From Selaginella moellendorffii (Eukaryota > Plantae > Lycopodiophyta), in the NCBI RefSeq assembly GCF_000143415.4, contig NW_003314334.1:327614-391613 (forward strand): a stretch of DNA of 64,000 nucleotides, in the 5' to 3' direction. This document shows positions 26,625-39,900 of the stretch, piece after piece. Numbering within the stretch: the stretch's first letter is position 1; each line of letters begins with the position of its first letter. The translations under genes were made by a program, and so were the position numbers. The notes under the pieces were generated by a model, which had not been told where the DNA came from, did not search any database, and was given only the letters and a program-made list of their open reading frames with translations.

Positions 26625-29600
26625 ATGGCCTTCAGGGTTGGGGAAAAGGTTTACATTTTGAATGGTGGGAAGAGAGTTGCAAAAGGGACCCTTGTGTCTA
26701 TGAATCGGAACTTTGTTATACACTGTCAAAGGCTTGGGGAAGGCAATGCTGCTGTATCAGTAGAGATTGTCTTCGATGGGAATGTGGTCGCTATTGAACG
26801 AGGAGAGATGGTCGTCGGGGTAAATGTTGTTGTTGCCTTGAAAAATCTTCAGAAGAAAGCAGATGTTGGGGACAACGCAAGTGCGACGCATGTTCCCTCC
26901 GTGGATCTTAAGAACCGTGCTACATGGATTCAGGCAAAGGTGTTTCTAAACAACCCCGAGGGGGAGGTGGTAGCTGAGGGCTTAGCCACAGTTGTCGATC
27001 CAAGAGATGCGGTTGCTAATCAAGAATTGGGCTGGGATGATATTGGAGTTGCGATTTTAGAGGTTGTTGACACAGAAGAAAACAGTCTGAATATTGGAAG
27101 CATTGTGCGGTGGAAATTGAGGCACTTAGTGTTTGAGAATGTGAAGGATTCACAATCAAACACCACTACAACTGATGACAGAACATCTCTTCATGGGAAA
27201 AGAAAGTACACCTTCCTAAAGCGCAGCCAAAGGGATCTGAGCAACGAACTGAAAAGGTAGAAAATGGCGATGGAGGTTCAAATGGTCTCGACAGTTGCTT
27301 GTTGCAAGAGGAGGTGCTGTCAACATGCTGATTGGGATGCTATTGAAGAGGAGAGAGCAAGATACAAGACATTGTCTTGGAAGGCAGCTCACAATTTTGT
27401 GTATGAGGCATTACGATCATCTGTTGATGCTTCAGAACATCAGGTGGGGGGCATGGTCTTCCAGAGGGGTTTGGTCTGCATGAAGGCATGGAGAATCATT
27501 TATGGAGTCCCTCGAACCACATTCTACAGAATCAAAACTGAGTTCGAGGAACAAAGGGTTCAATAGGCAGTCCATGGGAACGACAGTACGCACAAAACCA
27601 GGAGTCATGTTGTATATGGAGAGGCAATCTTCAAGAGGTTTATCGAGACATGTAGCGAGCAGCAACCACATAAAACCCGCCTCTTGGAAGATGGAACACG
27701 AGACACCCAACGAGTTCTCCCTTCCATGTATACCAAGGGGGCCATATTAGAAGATGTGAATCGGGAACTCCAGAGTAATGGCTACAGGAAGCTGAGCCAA
27801 TCTAGATTTAGTAGATTGTGGAGCAACAGGTTCAGGGATGTGAGTATAGGAAAGTACTCTAGCTTTTCAAAGTGTGACGAGTGCACTGCTATCAAAATGG
27901 CTTTGTCGAAGAATTCTTACAGCGCTCAAGAGCGAGAGACGTTGGTTAGAAGGCGGCTCGACCACAACATCGAGCAGAGAAGCTGCAGGACTGCATATTA
28001 TCATAACAGGATTCTCTCCATGGAGAGACTTGACTCTTACCTCTGCATCATCCACGACAAAATGGACCAGAAAAAGACGTGTTTACCTCGACTCAATCCT
28101 GCCCCCAAGGCAATCTCTTCATCCATGTAGCTGCCTGTGTTTTTGTTTGGCATAATCGCTCATGGGCATGGTGCCCAGAACTATGGGAACTTCTTTGTAC
28201 CTCTATGGGGTGGCGGGGGTGCAAACATTATGATTGCGTCCCTAGCAAAACACTTAAGGTCTCTGCAAAGTGTGCAGATTGAGCTGAACGGCCAACCCTT
28301 GCATAAGGCCCTTGTCGATCGAACCCCATACAGGGTTCAGCTGGAGGAGGAGCAAAGGCTTGCAGTATCGTGTGGGGCCCCATGCCATCCCAGTGAATAT
28401 GTTGGCCGTCAGATTGTAGGGTTATCACGTGAGGCCTCATGCCATTCCGACGAGGCTGGTCGCCCGGTGAATGCACAACCTCATCCAAACAAAGCAGAAT
28501 CTCAAGGAAGTTCTTGCGGCCGATGTGGCCTTCCACCCCATCTTCTGCTCCAAACAGACAATGCTGGCAGTGAGAACAAAAACATGTACGTCTTCGCGTA
28601 CTTGGCGATGCTTGTTGCCAAAGGCATATTTGAAACGGTTACACTTGGCTTTCTCATGGTTGGGCACACTCATGAAGACGTCGATGCCATGTTCAGTCAC
28701 CTGGCAGAGTCCCTCTGGCGATCCAATGTCCTCACCCTCCCACAACTCTACGATGAATTCCAAAATTGCATCAAAGGCACTGTTGAAGCTGCACTTGTGA
28801 CAGAGGTTCCAGACTTTAAGGGGTTTGTAAGAGGCTACATCAAGGACGGATCCGAAACGCTGATTGGCCACTCCAAGCCTCTTCAGTTTCATTTCAGCAT
28901 GTGTGACGGTGCTCCAGTGATGAGGTACAAGATGAGAGAATGGGACACAGTGTGGCTGCCAGTGGACGGCATTGAACTCTTCAAGAGAGATCCCATAACT
29001 GGGGAACCTATGATTCCTCAGGGTTCCCCACGGCCAATGCACCCGGATGGACTCAAAGACCAGGAAAGTATAGTGGCCGGGATTAGACAGCATATTGCCT
29101 TCTGGAAGAGGGGGTTGGTGTTTGGTGGAGAATCCTATTTTAAGAGGTGCAAGCCTTTGCTCGAATACTGGGAGAAGATTATATCTGCTATCCAAAATGG
29201 GCCGGTTGTATATGAAAAATTGGAAGAGTCCTTTTGGCCAGAACCCAGAGCACCAGATAGTAGCGGAACAATGTCCTCTGGAAATGCAGTGACAGATAAC
29301 GATGTTGAGGATCACTATTGTGGGCCGAGGAACAAGAAGCCGGATTCAGCATTCAATCCAATACAGGTTTGCAAAGGAATGGTCGTGCTTGTCAGACCCA
29401 GTAATAAAAAACAAATGATATGGGTGGGGCGCTGCATCACTGATGCAGAGGAGGACGCGGAAACTAACTCCTTCAATGTAACTGTGGAGTGGTTTAAGCC
29501 AAGTTCCGAATATACGAAGGATTGCCTAGAAAAGAGATGGGTGCTGAATCCAAGGGATCCCAGCATGAGCATATCGGTGGATAATGTTGTGCATGGTTGG

Positions 29601-29693
29601 ATGCGGAAGCAGAGTGCCACCATCACCTTGCCAGACCATGCAAGGGATGCAGCAAGAGCATTCATAACCCGGGTTCAAGGTGAGATTCATTAA
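26625..29693 (+). pseudogene. Sola-like DDD transposase (~1020 codons, 3 in-frame TAG stops)
   Basis: ORFs at 26625, 27264, 27684 and 28137 share one frame. Motifs: HGN, FSKCDEC, IIHDKMDQ, LQTDNAGSENKN, FLMVGHTHEDVDAMFS. Duplicated N-terminal VAxG domain and an SH3/Tudor-like C-terminus. Confidence 0.8.
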
Positions 29694-30095
29694 TATTCCT
29701 TTACTAAGTTTCTAATGTATTTTATTTCAAGGTGAACAATCCGAATCTGAATCAGAGGAGGCGTGATGGCATGTGGCCTTACACCATTCCTAGGTGAGAT
29801 GATACAAATAACAAGTATAAATTCTTAGTTGTTCTAGCAAATCTTACTTAAAGTTCAAGGTGAACAAGCCGAATATGAATTCATCGGATTGTTATAACAA
29901 ATTGCGAGGTGATGGCATGAGGCGATACGCCATTTGAGAGTGGTAGCCATTCCTATATGAGGTGAGTGAAATATTTATTAGAAATACCTCATTCAATTGT
30001 GCACTTCTAAGTCTTGGTCCACTCAGTACTGTTTGCATGTTTCTATTTTAATTCTTTCTCTAAAATGTTATTTAGCATGTGGCTTCATGCCATTG

Positions 30096-30690
30096 TGTAA
30101 GCTCTTGAGTTTGAACTTCCCGGGAGGTCACCCAGCTCAGTACTATTCAAACCCAAGGACGCTTAACTCCAAAATATCCCAAGACCCTTAACCGATTGGA
30201 AAAGGGGGTGCACTCTTATTCATGGGCCCTTTCCCTCTATATTTGAACCCCATGGATCGTCTCTTGAGTCGTTCTCTTTGGTTGCTTACAATCCACCACG
30301 CTTCCCTGCAAGTTCACGCCCTCGTGAACGGAAGCTGAGAGCCGCAGCTCTTCCGAGAGCCTCGCTCTCTTGACACCCTACCCCTAGGGTCGAGCCCAGC
30401 GAGAGCAAACTGGATCAGCCAGATGTCAATCAACATGTGGTGTGATTCCCCTATCCAACCAACAGAGTCGGACCCAAGACCCTTCTGATACCAAATGTAA
30501 GCTCCTGAGTTTGAACTTCCCGGGAGGTCACCCAGCCCAGTACTATTCAAACCCAAGGACGCTTAACTCCAAAATATCCCAAGACTCTTAACCGATTGGA
30601 AAAGGGGGTGCACTCTTATTCATGGGCCCTTTCCCTCTATATTTGAACCCCATGGATCGTCTCTCGAGTCGTTCCCTTTGGTTGCTTACA
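30096..30690 (-). mobile_element. Cassandra TRIM (5S rRNA-bearing LTRs)
   Basis: 195-bp LTRs at 30096-30290 and 30496-30690; TSD CATTG; minus-strand iMet PBS at ~30483-30493 and a PPT. The LTR minus strand, AGTTAAGCGTCCTTGGGTTTGAATAGTACTGGGCTGGGTGACCTCCCGGGAAGT, matches the 5S internal control region. Confidence 0.95.
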
Positions 30691-31006
30691 CATTGCTCTC
30701 CACAATCATGCATTGAATTTTTCTATCCTTGCATAATACTTCTCCATATATATAGCATGTGCGCACATGTGATATGGTTCATTAGGCCTGATATAGTGTG
30801 TGAGGTAAAACAAAGATGATGTGACATATGCATTTACCAATCACACGAGCATAAATCTAATAATATGGCGTGTGGCCCATATTAATGGCACATAAACCCA
30901 TATTGTGGGCTTACGTGCTTTATATACCATCATTCCCTTGCAGCATGTGTGTTGGTTTCCTTTTATAACACAACAAACTCCATATTTTAGGGTGAAGAAC
31001 GTTCTC

Positions 31007-31264
31007 ATGGCAAGCACAAAATCTGTAAGTGAGGCAGAAAAGGAGACGGAGAAGGAGATAGGTGAAGATGTAGAATATATAAGTCTTCCAAACTCCCCGA
31101 ACTATACTCCAGGTGATCATTTTTCTGAACAAATGGCAACATTAACAACTATCGAGAACGCCCCAGTAACGTTAGAGACAACAATCCAAAGCAAAACAAC
31201 TGACCCAGAGAAGGATGATAGTACCGCTGAGAGTACCAAAAAGGAGGTGTCCACTAGCGCTTAG
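31007..31264 (+). CDS. Small ~85-aa accessory ORF near the right end of the Sola-like element; homologous to 48980-49228
   Basis: YISLPNSPNYTPG...NAPVTLETTIQSK...AESTKK aligns by eye with the MULE ORF. Confidence 0.6.
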   Translation: MASTKSVSEAEKETEKEIGEDVEYISLPNSPNYTPGDHFSEQMATLTTIENAPVTLETTIQSKTTDPEKDDSTAESTKKEVSTSA

Positions 31265-32254
31265 GCTTATAATGGCGTGTGCCCTCATGCCATTTACTTG
31301 ATCACCAAATACCTTTTTCCCTTTGCACTAGTATATCTTAATACCAGTCTGAGAAATAGAATGGCATGTGCCCTCAGGCCTTTTACTAAATCACCTTTGA
31401 AAGAAATGCAAGCCTCTATGTCGTAAAAAAAAGGTACTAGAGAAATTCCTTAATAATATGAATGTTATTTAGTTTCATGAAAATACACTAAGGGTCAAAT
31501 GAGTTAAATGACTTCTCCAGACTAGCAATGCCTCTTGCTACACCTTCACAATTAGATTCGTTAGAAAAAGATAACATTGAATAATATCTAAGTGTTCTCA
31601 CCATTAAGTTATATGTCTGGCTAATAGGAATGACGTTCATCTTGGAAAGCTCACCACACGCTCAATGAACAAACAAATAGTGTGTGTGCGCATGCCATCG
31701 CTCTTCTTTAGCTTTAGATTCGGCTTGTTCACCTTGACAATGAGATTTATTATACAACCAGATGGACTCAGTCTGGACACAAAGTCACCGCGCTAGTCAC
31801 CATGCCCCAGATATGTCTAGCCCCTGGACAAAAAACATATAATTTCACGTCATTTTCAAATACTTGAAAATTTGTACCTAGTCCCATTTTACTGAATAAA
31901 TCCCACTTTAACGAAATAGAGCTTACTTATGGAACCATTGGAACCATTGATAGGCTAACATTAATCCTGCCAACTCAAAGTGCAACCTTGAGTTGCTAAT
32001 GCGCCTCACTCATAAGCCCAAGTGAAAACTCGTGCAAATGGTACACCTCAAATCCATCCTATGAGCCCAAGAGCAAGCTCACATTATTACGGTACAAAAA
32101 GGTAACCAAATCCATAACCAAGGAACAATTGCGAAGTCTTAGCACCCAAACGTGTACCCACTTGGATCATTGTTTTCATCTTTGCGTATGCAACGAGACT
32201 AGTTGCCCAATCTCATTGAATAGTACTCACTAAGACTCCTCATCTGATACTAAA

Positions 32255-33050
32255 TGTAGCGCATGTGGTTTTGACCCTTTATCCTATGGTGATTTACCAT
32301 AGGATAACACCATGAAGCAGAACCTAATCCCTCCATGTGCCACGTGACAGATGCCACGTGTGGAACAAGAGGTTCAGGGCCTTGGGCCACTGAATGAAGG
32401 AACGGTGCCAAACCCCCAAGCATGGAGCCAAGGAGTGATGGAACCAGACCATGGAGCAACTCCCGAGCATATAGCCCAAGGAGCAAAGGGACAAGGGCAC
32501 GGAGCAACTTGGTACAGTCCTAGAGTAACCAGCATCCCAATGCCAGAACTAGCACGCAAAATGGAGCCAAATGGAGTTTGGTGCTATTTCAGCATACCGG
32601 TGGCCTAACATGAGGATATGGGTACTCCACCAGCTAGCATGGTGTGGAGCTTGGGCTTAGACCCAAGCCATACGCAGAACAAGGACAGGCACGCAAGTTG
32701 AAACTAGACTATGCCTTAGGTTGGTCGGCCATGCCCGACATACCCACTATCCCTACTATACATTTAGAACCCCCAACAGCCCGCCCCCCCCGTGAGGAAC
32801 ACACGCTTTGGGCTTTCACCCTAAGCCTCCCTTAGTATTAAGAGTTAGTCTCTGGGACAAGCTTGAAACTTACTAAATATGGAATGGCGCTAGAATGCAA
32901 ATTTGGACACGGGATGAACACCAATGTATTCAGGCCAATCTCTACATTCCGTAGATATGCCAAATGAGCAAATCTAAACACTTTCCATAAATAGCATTTG
33001 GGATTGAAATGAGACTAACACAAAGGGCATGATAGCAAGGGTGTTTGGCA
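32255..33050 (-). repeat. Family C LTR (right boundary not resolved)
   Basis: Begins TGTAGCGC after a minus-strand PBS-like TCTGATAC; colinear with 63503-64000; carries the CGCTTTGGGCTTTCACCC core. Confidence 0.65.
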
Positions 33051-36000
33051 GACACGGTAAACTATCATCTAGCGATATTGAGGGACTAATCTTAATACGT
33101 GAGGGTTCTTGTCACTAGCCAGTGCAAGACAAAATGAGACGGGAACTCCTTACCAGGCTAAGTATGCTTAGCTAATAACATGTAGGAATTCCGTCATTAT
33201 GCTCGTCCGGTCTAAGTACACTTGAAATGCCCAGTTAACTCCACTAGCACAAGAGGAGGGGCTGATAAAGGGTCCAGCAATACCAACCTCCTACCATCGT
33301 GGCAGTAAGGAAAGAGTGTCCATAAGGACTGGTCGATAGGTAACTTTCGATACTCGAAGTCACATTCGCGACAGAAATGCACCAACTTAAATGAGTTAAG
33401 GTAACCTCTTTGTTTAACGCAGATACGCTACCAACTCAGACACTTTCTAGTCATCGCCGACAAAGAAATAACCAATGGAGTTAGCCACCCTTGCTGCTCT
33501 GGGTGTCACTCAGCTTACAAAAGTGTGATACGCCCTTACTTGCAAGGACATAGAGAGAGAAGCCAGAGGCCCCAACTCTCATGAGTAAAGAAACCAAACC
33601 GTCAGTAAGGTTTAGATAGACTACTGTAAACAGGCAGTTAGAGTTGTTTACACGGTCACGCCCTTTTAACGGAATAAGGAATATCGACAGAGAGGCGGGT
33701 TATGTGACTAGTCAATAGTAGCTACCCCATGACTAAAGATTTCAATATGCACACGAAGTGCCGAAGCCAGTCTGCCTATACTGGCCCAAATTCAAAGATC
33801 AATAGATGGACAATATCAAAGTCAGAGACAATGATATCTTAGAGACTTAATTATTAGTGAATAAAGCTTAAATTAGAACACAAAATTATTCTATGTAAGT
33901 TATCATCCAATAAACCAGTATTATAGGATAGAAACCACCAAAATCACTATAGCTGGAAATCATTATCTTTCGAAAGAAATAACATCCTAATCTATCAAGA
34001 CTAACTCGAGCAATAATCAACAAAACAGAATGAATGTGGTAAGACCAACAAACACTTAGTCATGCCAACCATCACACCAGCCAATCTAAATAGATCTCGG
34101 TCAATAATACGAAGGAACCCAACTTGCTTTAGCAAGCGTTAGCAACATCCTGCTAGTGTCTTAAACCTAAGAGACAAATCCAAAGCAAATCACAAAGAAC
34201 ATGTGATATTACGACAAGCCATAAGCCATCAAAGAGAATAATTAACTATTATGAAAGATTATCAATCATCCCATCAACAAAAGATATGTAGAATTATCGT
34301 TTAAAAAGGAATCCACCATCCCGAAGAACAACAAATCATTCTGTATCAATAACAATCAAGCAAAACTTTTTTTTTTTTTGATAAGGATAATCAACTATCC
34401 TAGATGATAGTCAATCATCACCAATGATTGCTAGATACAAAAGTCAATTTCAACATCGAAGCTAATGAGCCAAAATGCCTTTCCCAACAACTTTTAACAA
34501 ATGGAATAATGAATATGAAAACTCAAGGAACCAAAAGCATAAAGAAGCCTATAGCCAAGTTTTTCTTAATAATGATTACAAATTTCGCATGAACTAACTT
34601 TAATGCTAAAGAAGAAATAATGGCACAATTCATAATATCCTCCTCAGCACATCCATAAGTTAAACTTCATAATGCAAAGCTATATCTGCATCAATCCAAA
34701 AGCCAAGCACAATAAAGTTATGCTTAACAAGTGAACACTAAACGATCCTCTATGAATCCATCTACTTCATAACAAACCCAAGAGAAATTATCAATGATTA
34801 ATATATCTCAATTAAAATTCAACAAAGATTCAATCACTTCAATATCAATCACTAACTCTTCTTTTCATAAAGTTAGTATAGTCTATAACCAAATCACTTT
34901 TTCAAGGAAAAACTCAAAACTCAACCTCGACCAAATGACCTCGTCTAAAATATAACTAACTCAACTTGCCATTCAATTCATTTGAACGTCAATACAATTG
35001 CTAATTAGCAAATGCACGAATGCCAACAACACAAAGCCATAGCCAAATCATCAACACTATTTTTATCAAGACTAATGAAACTCAATATCAATCATAAGGA
35101 GAGATATCTTATTTCACTTAAATCTCAACATCAACAATGTCAACGATAATGCATCACTTCAATGCTATTAACACTAAAATAAAGCTAAAAGAAAGCAAGA
35201 GTGAATCACCACCCAAAACTCTTTAGCAACCAAGCTAGCCAAAGTAAAAGATACTTTAGTTAGTATCCGAGACTAATCCTTCAATAATACTCAGTTATAA
35301 ATAACACATCATCAAGGAATGATTCACCACATCCAAGACTCAATGAAATCCAACACCATAGACTAAATGCAACCAAATGACATCGATAGAGGTAAAGTCA
35401 ATATGCCGATATGGAAAACCTATGTAAATCTAATGACACGATCCTCTGCAACATCATTCAATAAAGCAAGCCCATCACTGCTAAATCATCATCGAGCAAA
35501 GCAAGTGTCAATATTTCTTGACGAAGTCTACAAGCAATCACTAGTCAAAGCAACTAACAATCACTCTTCAACTTGCCTTCACAAGACCCAGACACTAAAC
35601 TCACATCATTAAGTTATATACTTATCCAACATGAACGTAATACCTCATGTATGAGATAATGGTTCATAAACAAGCATGAACTAAATGACTACTCGAATCT
35701 AACTCAACCACAATAAACTCACTAATGCATTTAGCCACTAACTTTGAGCATGCCTTGAAGAGGCTAATTATGCATGAACAACACTCAGTCGAAACTAAAG
35801 TGAAGGCAATAAGATGGAAAGGGTCACCCTTCTTAGAAAAGCGCAACGGCCACTTTTCTACACCAACTCTAGACTCTATCCAACTTAATTGCCTTAGCCT
35901 CAAAAGTTAGCATCCCTTTTCGGGTTGCATCACACAAACTACTTACCAAGGTCTAAGCTAACCAAAGTCAACTCCAACCCCTTCACTAGTTTGTATTGGC

Positions 36001-36957
36001 TTTCGAAAATAGAATGGTTTTTGAGCAAAGTGATCAACAATTCAACCATTGGAAAAATCTAATAAAATTTGTGGAAAATTTTCCATCCTAAAGAAAGAAT
36101 GACTCTCAGTTTAGGAATGCAAATTTTCAAGACTTAACCAACTTCTTCATACCAACAACTTCACATAGGTTCACCTCAACACAAATTTTCGAGACCTATA
36201 GTATGCTTAAGTATCAAACATCTTTTCCCATATATTCGATATCTAATACAGACATTCACAAAATACAAAGTGAACATCTAATGCTTGATCACAAAGACCA
36301 CATCTTTGGATATCCACATTGCACTAACACTCTTCTTCAACCACTTTTAAAATCCAATGTGAAGCCAAAACACTAACATGAAAAATGACATGGAAAATCA
36401 AGCTCTAAGGAAAAATTCCTCATCACTCGAACAACAATGCCACTTCCACTAACATAAGTGCTAGCGATGTCAATGCCTCAACTACACACCTTCTTCATCC
36501 AACAATCTACTCCAAGTGCTAATGGATAAACTGACAATCTATAGTAAGTGAATGCTATAACCCTTTCCAACACTGCATGGGCAAACTCTCACAGAAACAA
36601 GGTACCAACTTACGCTTAGCATAATGGACTATTGAGAACTTAGTCAAATCTACTACAATGCTACTACGTGCAAGTAGACTAGCTTCACTATCAATCACCT
36701 TGGGGTTGATCATTATTTAACCAAGCAACTTCGTAAACACATTACTCTTTATCACATGGATATGATATAAAATCACAATGATATGATAATCAATCGAGCA
36801 ACACTATGAGCAATGCCCATGTCACTACTACAAAGGTTTACGTAAATATCAAGTGTCAACTCAATTCGACAAAATGCAACATAAATGCCACACTCCACCG
36901 ATAGAGATTACAACACAGAACACCACTAACTTTTCTTCATAACACAGATAAGTTCAT
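33050..36957 (-). mobile_element. Family C copy 2 internal region (resumes at 48157-48348 and 63026-63502)
   Basis: 35712-36957 is colinear with copy 1; A/C-rich with no intact ORF. Assignment of 33050-35700 rests on position only. Confidence 0.55.
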
Positions 36958-39900
36958 TGTGAGACACAAATCCCTAAGCCCCAAAGTGGAGCCAAAAGGG
37001 TGCCATATGGTAGTGGCCAAAGCAAAAGCCAAACAAGCGTAATATGTTTGGACTAAAAGTTTTAACTTGAGAAGTCTGAGATGGAGTCCGAGATGGACTA
37101 AGATGGAGTCCGAGATGGACCTGAGATGGAGCTTGAGATGGAGTCCGAGATGGAGTTCGAGATGGACTTGAGATGGAGTCCGAGATGGAGTCTGAGATGG
37201 ACTTGAGATGGAGTCCGAGATGGACTTGAGATGGAGTCCGAGATGGAGCGAGATGGAGTCCGAGATGGAGCAAGATGGAGTCTGAGATGGAGCGAGATGG
37301 AGTCCAAGATGGAGTGAGATGGAGTCTGAGATGGAGTCCAAGATGGACCAAGATGGAGTCCAAGATGGACCCAAGATGGAGTCTGAGATGGACTGAGATG
37401 GTGTCGGAGATTGACCAAGATGGAGTCCGAGATGAAATCCAAGATGGAGTCTGAGATGAAATCCGAGATGGACCCAAGATGGAGTCCGAGTCCGAGTCCA
37501 AGTCCAAGTTTGAGTTTGAGAGGGTGAAAGCCCAAAGCGTTCGTCTCCCAGACCCTAGGGGGTTTGGTGAGCTCCAAAAGTATAGTAAGAGGGAGGACTC
37601 TAGTGGAGCCAATTTGGCTAGGAAAGGCCAGTTTGGCCCAGGAAGGCTATACCAAGATATTGGGTGATGGGATAACCATTGGGAAGTCCAAGGCTAAAGT
37701 GAATATGGACCGACAAGCGAGGTATCTTGGTGAAGTATTCAAGAGTCGACTCTAGTTCCCCCGGGAGATCGAATTAATGCTCCCAATCCAAGTGTGGGTG
37801 GCACTACCTACTTGGATGCCTAGCATGGCTCAACGGAACCTCGCTTTAAACCCATGGCTAAAGCACCCAAAGGCGGAAGGCAAGGAGAGTACCCATGAGG
37901 CTCGCGTAAGGCCATGGTGTTCCGAAATGTTGTCTCAAAGTCCCAGACTGTGAAAAGGAAGAGGAGCAGTCCTCTGGTGTAAAGACCAAAGATACAGTCA
38001 TGGGAGAAAGAAGTCCCAAAGGACCAGGGGACTTAGTGGTCGGGCCTGTGGGCTTTGGTCCAATGGCAGTGATAGCGAACACGGCCATGGACAAAAAGGG
38101 TCTTGGTGAGGACTGGAAAAGGGATATTGGGGAAGGTTATTCCCCATGCTTGTGGGCATCCTAAGGATGCTAAAAAGTGGATCTGGGATGATCACTCATG
38201 AATGGATGGCTCAGTCTTTGAGAGATAGGATTGTGATGTAGGTGGTGTTAGACTACTGGTATGACCAAGGTAAAGATGTATGGCCTTAGCGTAACGGGCT
38301 AATATGTTAGTGGTACCTTGGGGTGTGGGTCTTGGGACCGGACATGGGGAGCACTTGGATCAAGTGCAAAGGATGAGAGGCATGGATGCCATTCTCGGGG
38401 CAAATAAGTCCCAAGTCCTGAATTGGACTTAAGGAGGTTGAGTGGTGGGGGATGCCATTCTCGGGGCTAGCATGCCCAAGTCTGGAATAGGACTTATGGA
38501 GGTTGTGAGTGAGACTCCTTCAAGTGGTCAGAAGTGTGGTTAAGTGACTAAAGTAGAATAGAAAAATTAGTCGCTTGCAATTTGGTATCAAAGCTGTTCC
38601 TTAGTCTAACTTTTATTGGTGCTCAAGTATATCACCACTGGTATTGGCATCGGAAAGTCCTAGGAGTGGGCCTATCCGTGAGGAGTAGCAGGTCGAGAAG
38701 ACATGGCTCTCCACTACAGTTCATGTGTGAACTTGTAGGTAAGGTGGTGGATATAAAAGGGCCAATAATGGAATGACTTCGGGATCTTGGGAACAGTATA
38801 AGGTTTTCTTCAAAGAGTTGAGGATGTGATCTAGGTGAACGTTTGACTTAGCAACTGGCTAATGTAGTTGTGGTAAACAACTATAGTTAGGATCACGGGA
38901 AAAATAAAAACTCCAAAACAATAAAGGAGTCACAAAATTATCCTCATATAGTTGAGGTTGGTGCTTATGAATTTGAAAACAGAATTAATGACCATGGAAG
39001 GTCAAATATGGAAAAGGACACAAGTCCTTGAAATGGTAGCCGAGGCTACCCTTGATAAATGCTGGAACAACGCAAGGAGTTGGGGGTGTACTTAGAGGAT
39101 GAGTTGGTATTCTCATCACATAGACAAGTAGTCCTAAGGGGCAAAGGTTGCCCCTAAGGAACAACATCAAGTGTTGGAGTGACACTTGCAAAGATGGTCC
39201 TTGTGGTTAGGACATGAATACAAAAAGTTGTATTCCAACGAGTTGGCATCTCAAATAGGACTTTATGGGTTATTGGATTTTAAAGTCCAAAAATGCTAGA
39301 TGACTCAAGTAAAGTCAAGGAATGGTCCTAATGGATTGTTAAAGGCATTTGGACTGAGGTGTGTTATGCCCCACGAAAGTTAGGGAGAATCATAGGATCC
39401 AAGTATGAAAACAGTGAGTATCTCATCAATGGCGGAATATGCCATACTAAAGTTGTGGGGAAGGTGTTCCCAGAAGAAAACAACTTTGACACAAAGTTGT
39501 GAGTAAACCTTATAATGCAGTGCTAATGGATAGTTGGCATGAGAAAGAACTGTATTGGTGTTGGCAAGGATCTAGACACAAGTAAAAAGTGTCATAAAGG
39601 TAAGCTCATGGAGCCGATAGTGTGGAGACACCAAATGTGCTAAAGCGTGATGCCTTAAGGTGAGTTGGTGGGTTCACAAGAACCCCTTCCCAAAGGAATC
39701 CTAATGGAAATGGGAATAATATAGCCTAAGTTGGAAGACATGTGGTTGGAGGGTGGTGACCCAGATAATGATGGAGGTATGGAAGCACTAGCAATGAGTT
39801 GTAGGACTTGACAACTATGAGGCAACTAAAAAAAAGGTGCAAAATAATTGGTTAAACTAGTAGAAAGTAGTTACCCAAGATTTCTTAATAGCATAAAGAA

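Larger units (their letters stand above)
10619..31924 (+). mobile_element. Large TIR DNA transposon, Sola-like (~13.3 kb without nested retroelements)
   Basis: 27-bp TIRs with 3 mismatches: AAGCTCTATTTTGTTAAACTGGGAATT (10619-10645) and 31898-31924. 4-bp TSD ACTT at 10615-10618 and 31925-31928. The flanks rejoin to match uninterrupted family C at ~63180. Encodes a DDD-type transposase. Confidence 0.88.

Noticed and set aside
30110-30170. 5S rRNA gene
   Set aside because: Only the internal control region is present, and it lies inside Cassandra LTRs with a TSD. It is not rDNA.
10715-31700. CRISPR array or bacterial REP elements for the 22-bp palindromes
   Set aside because: Spacing is irregular, there are no cas genes, and the context is eukaryotic and intron-containing.
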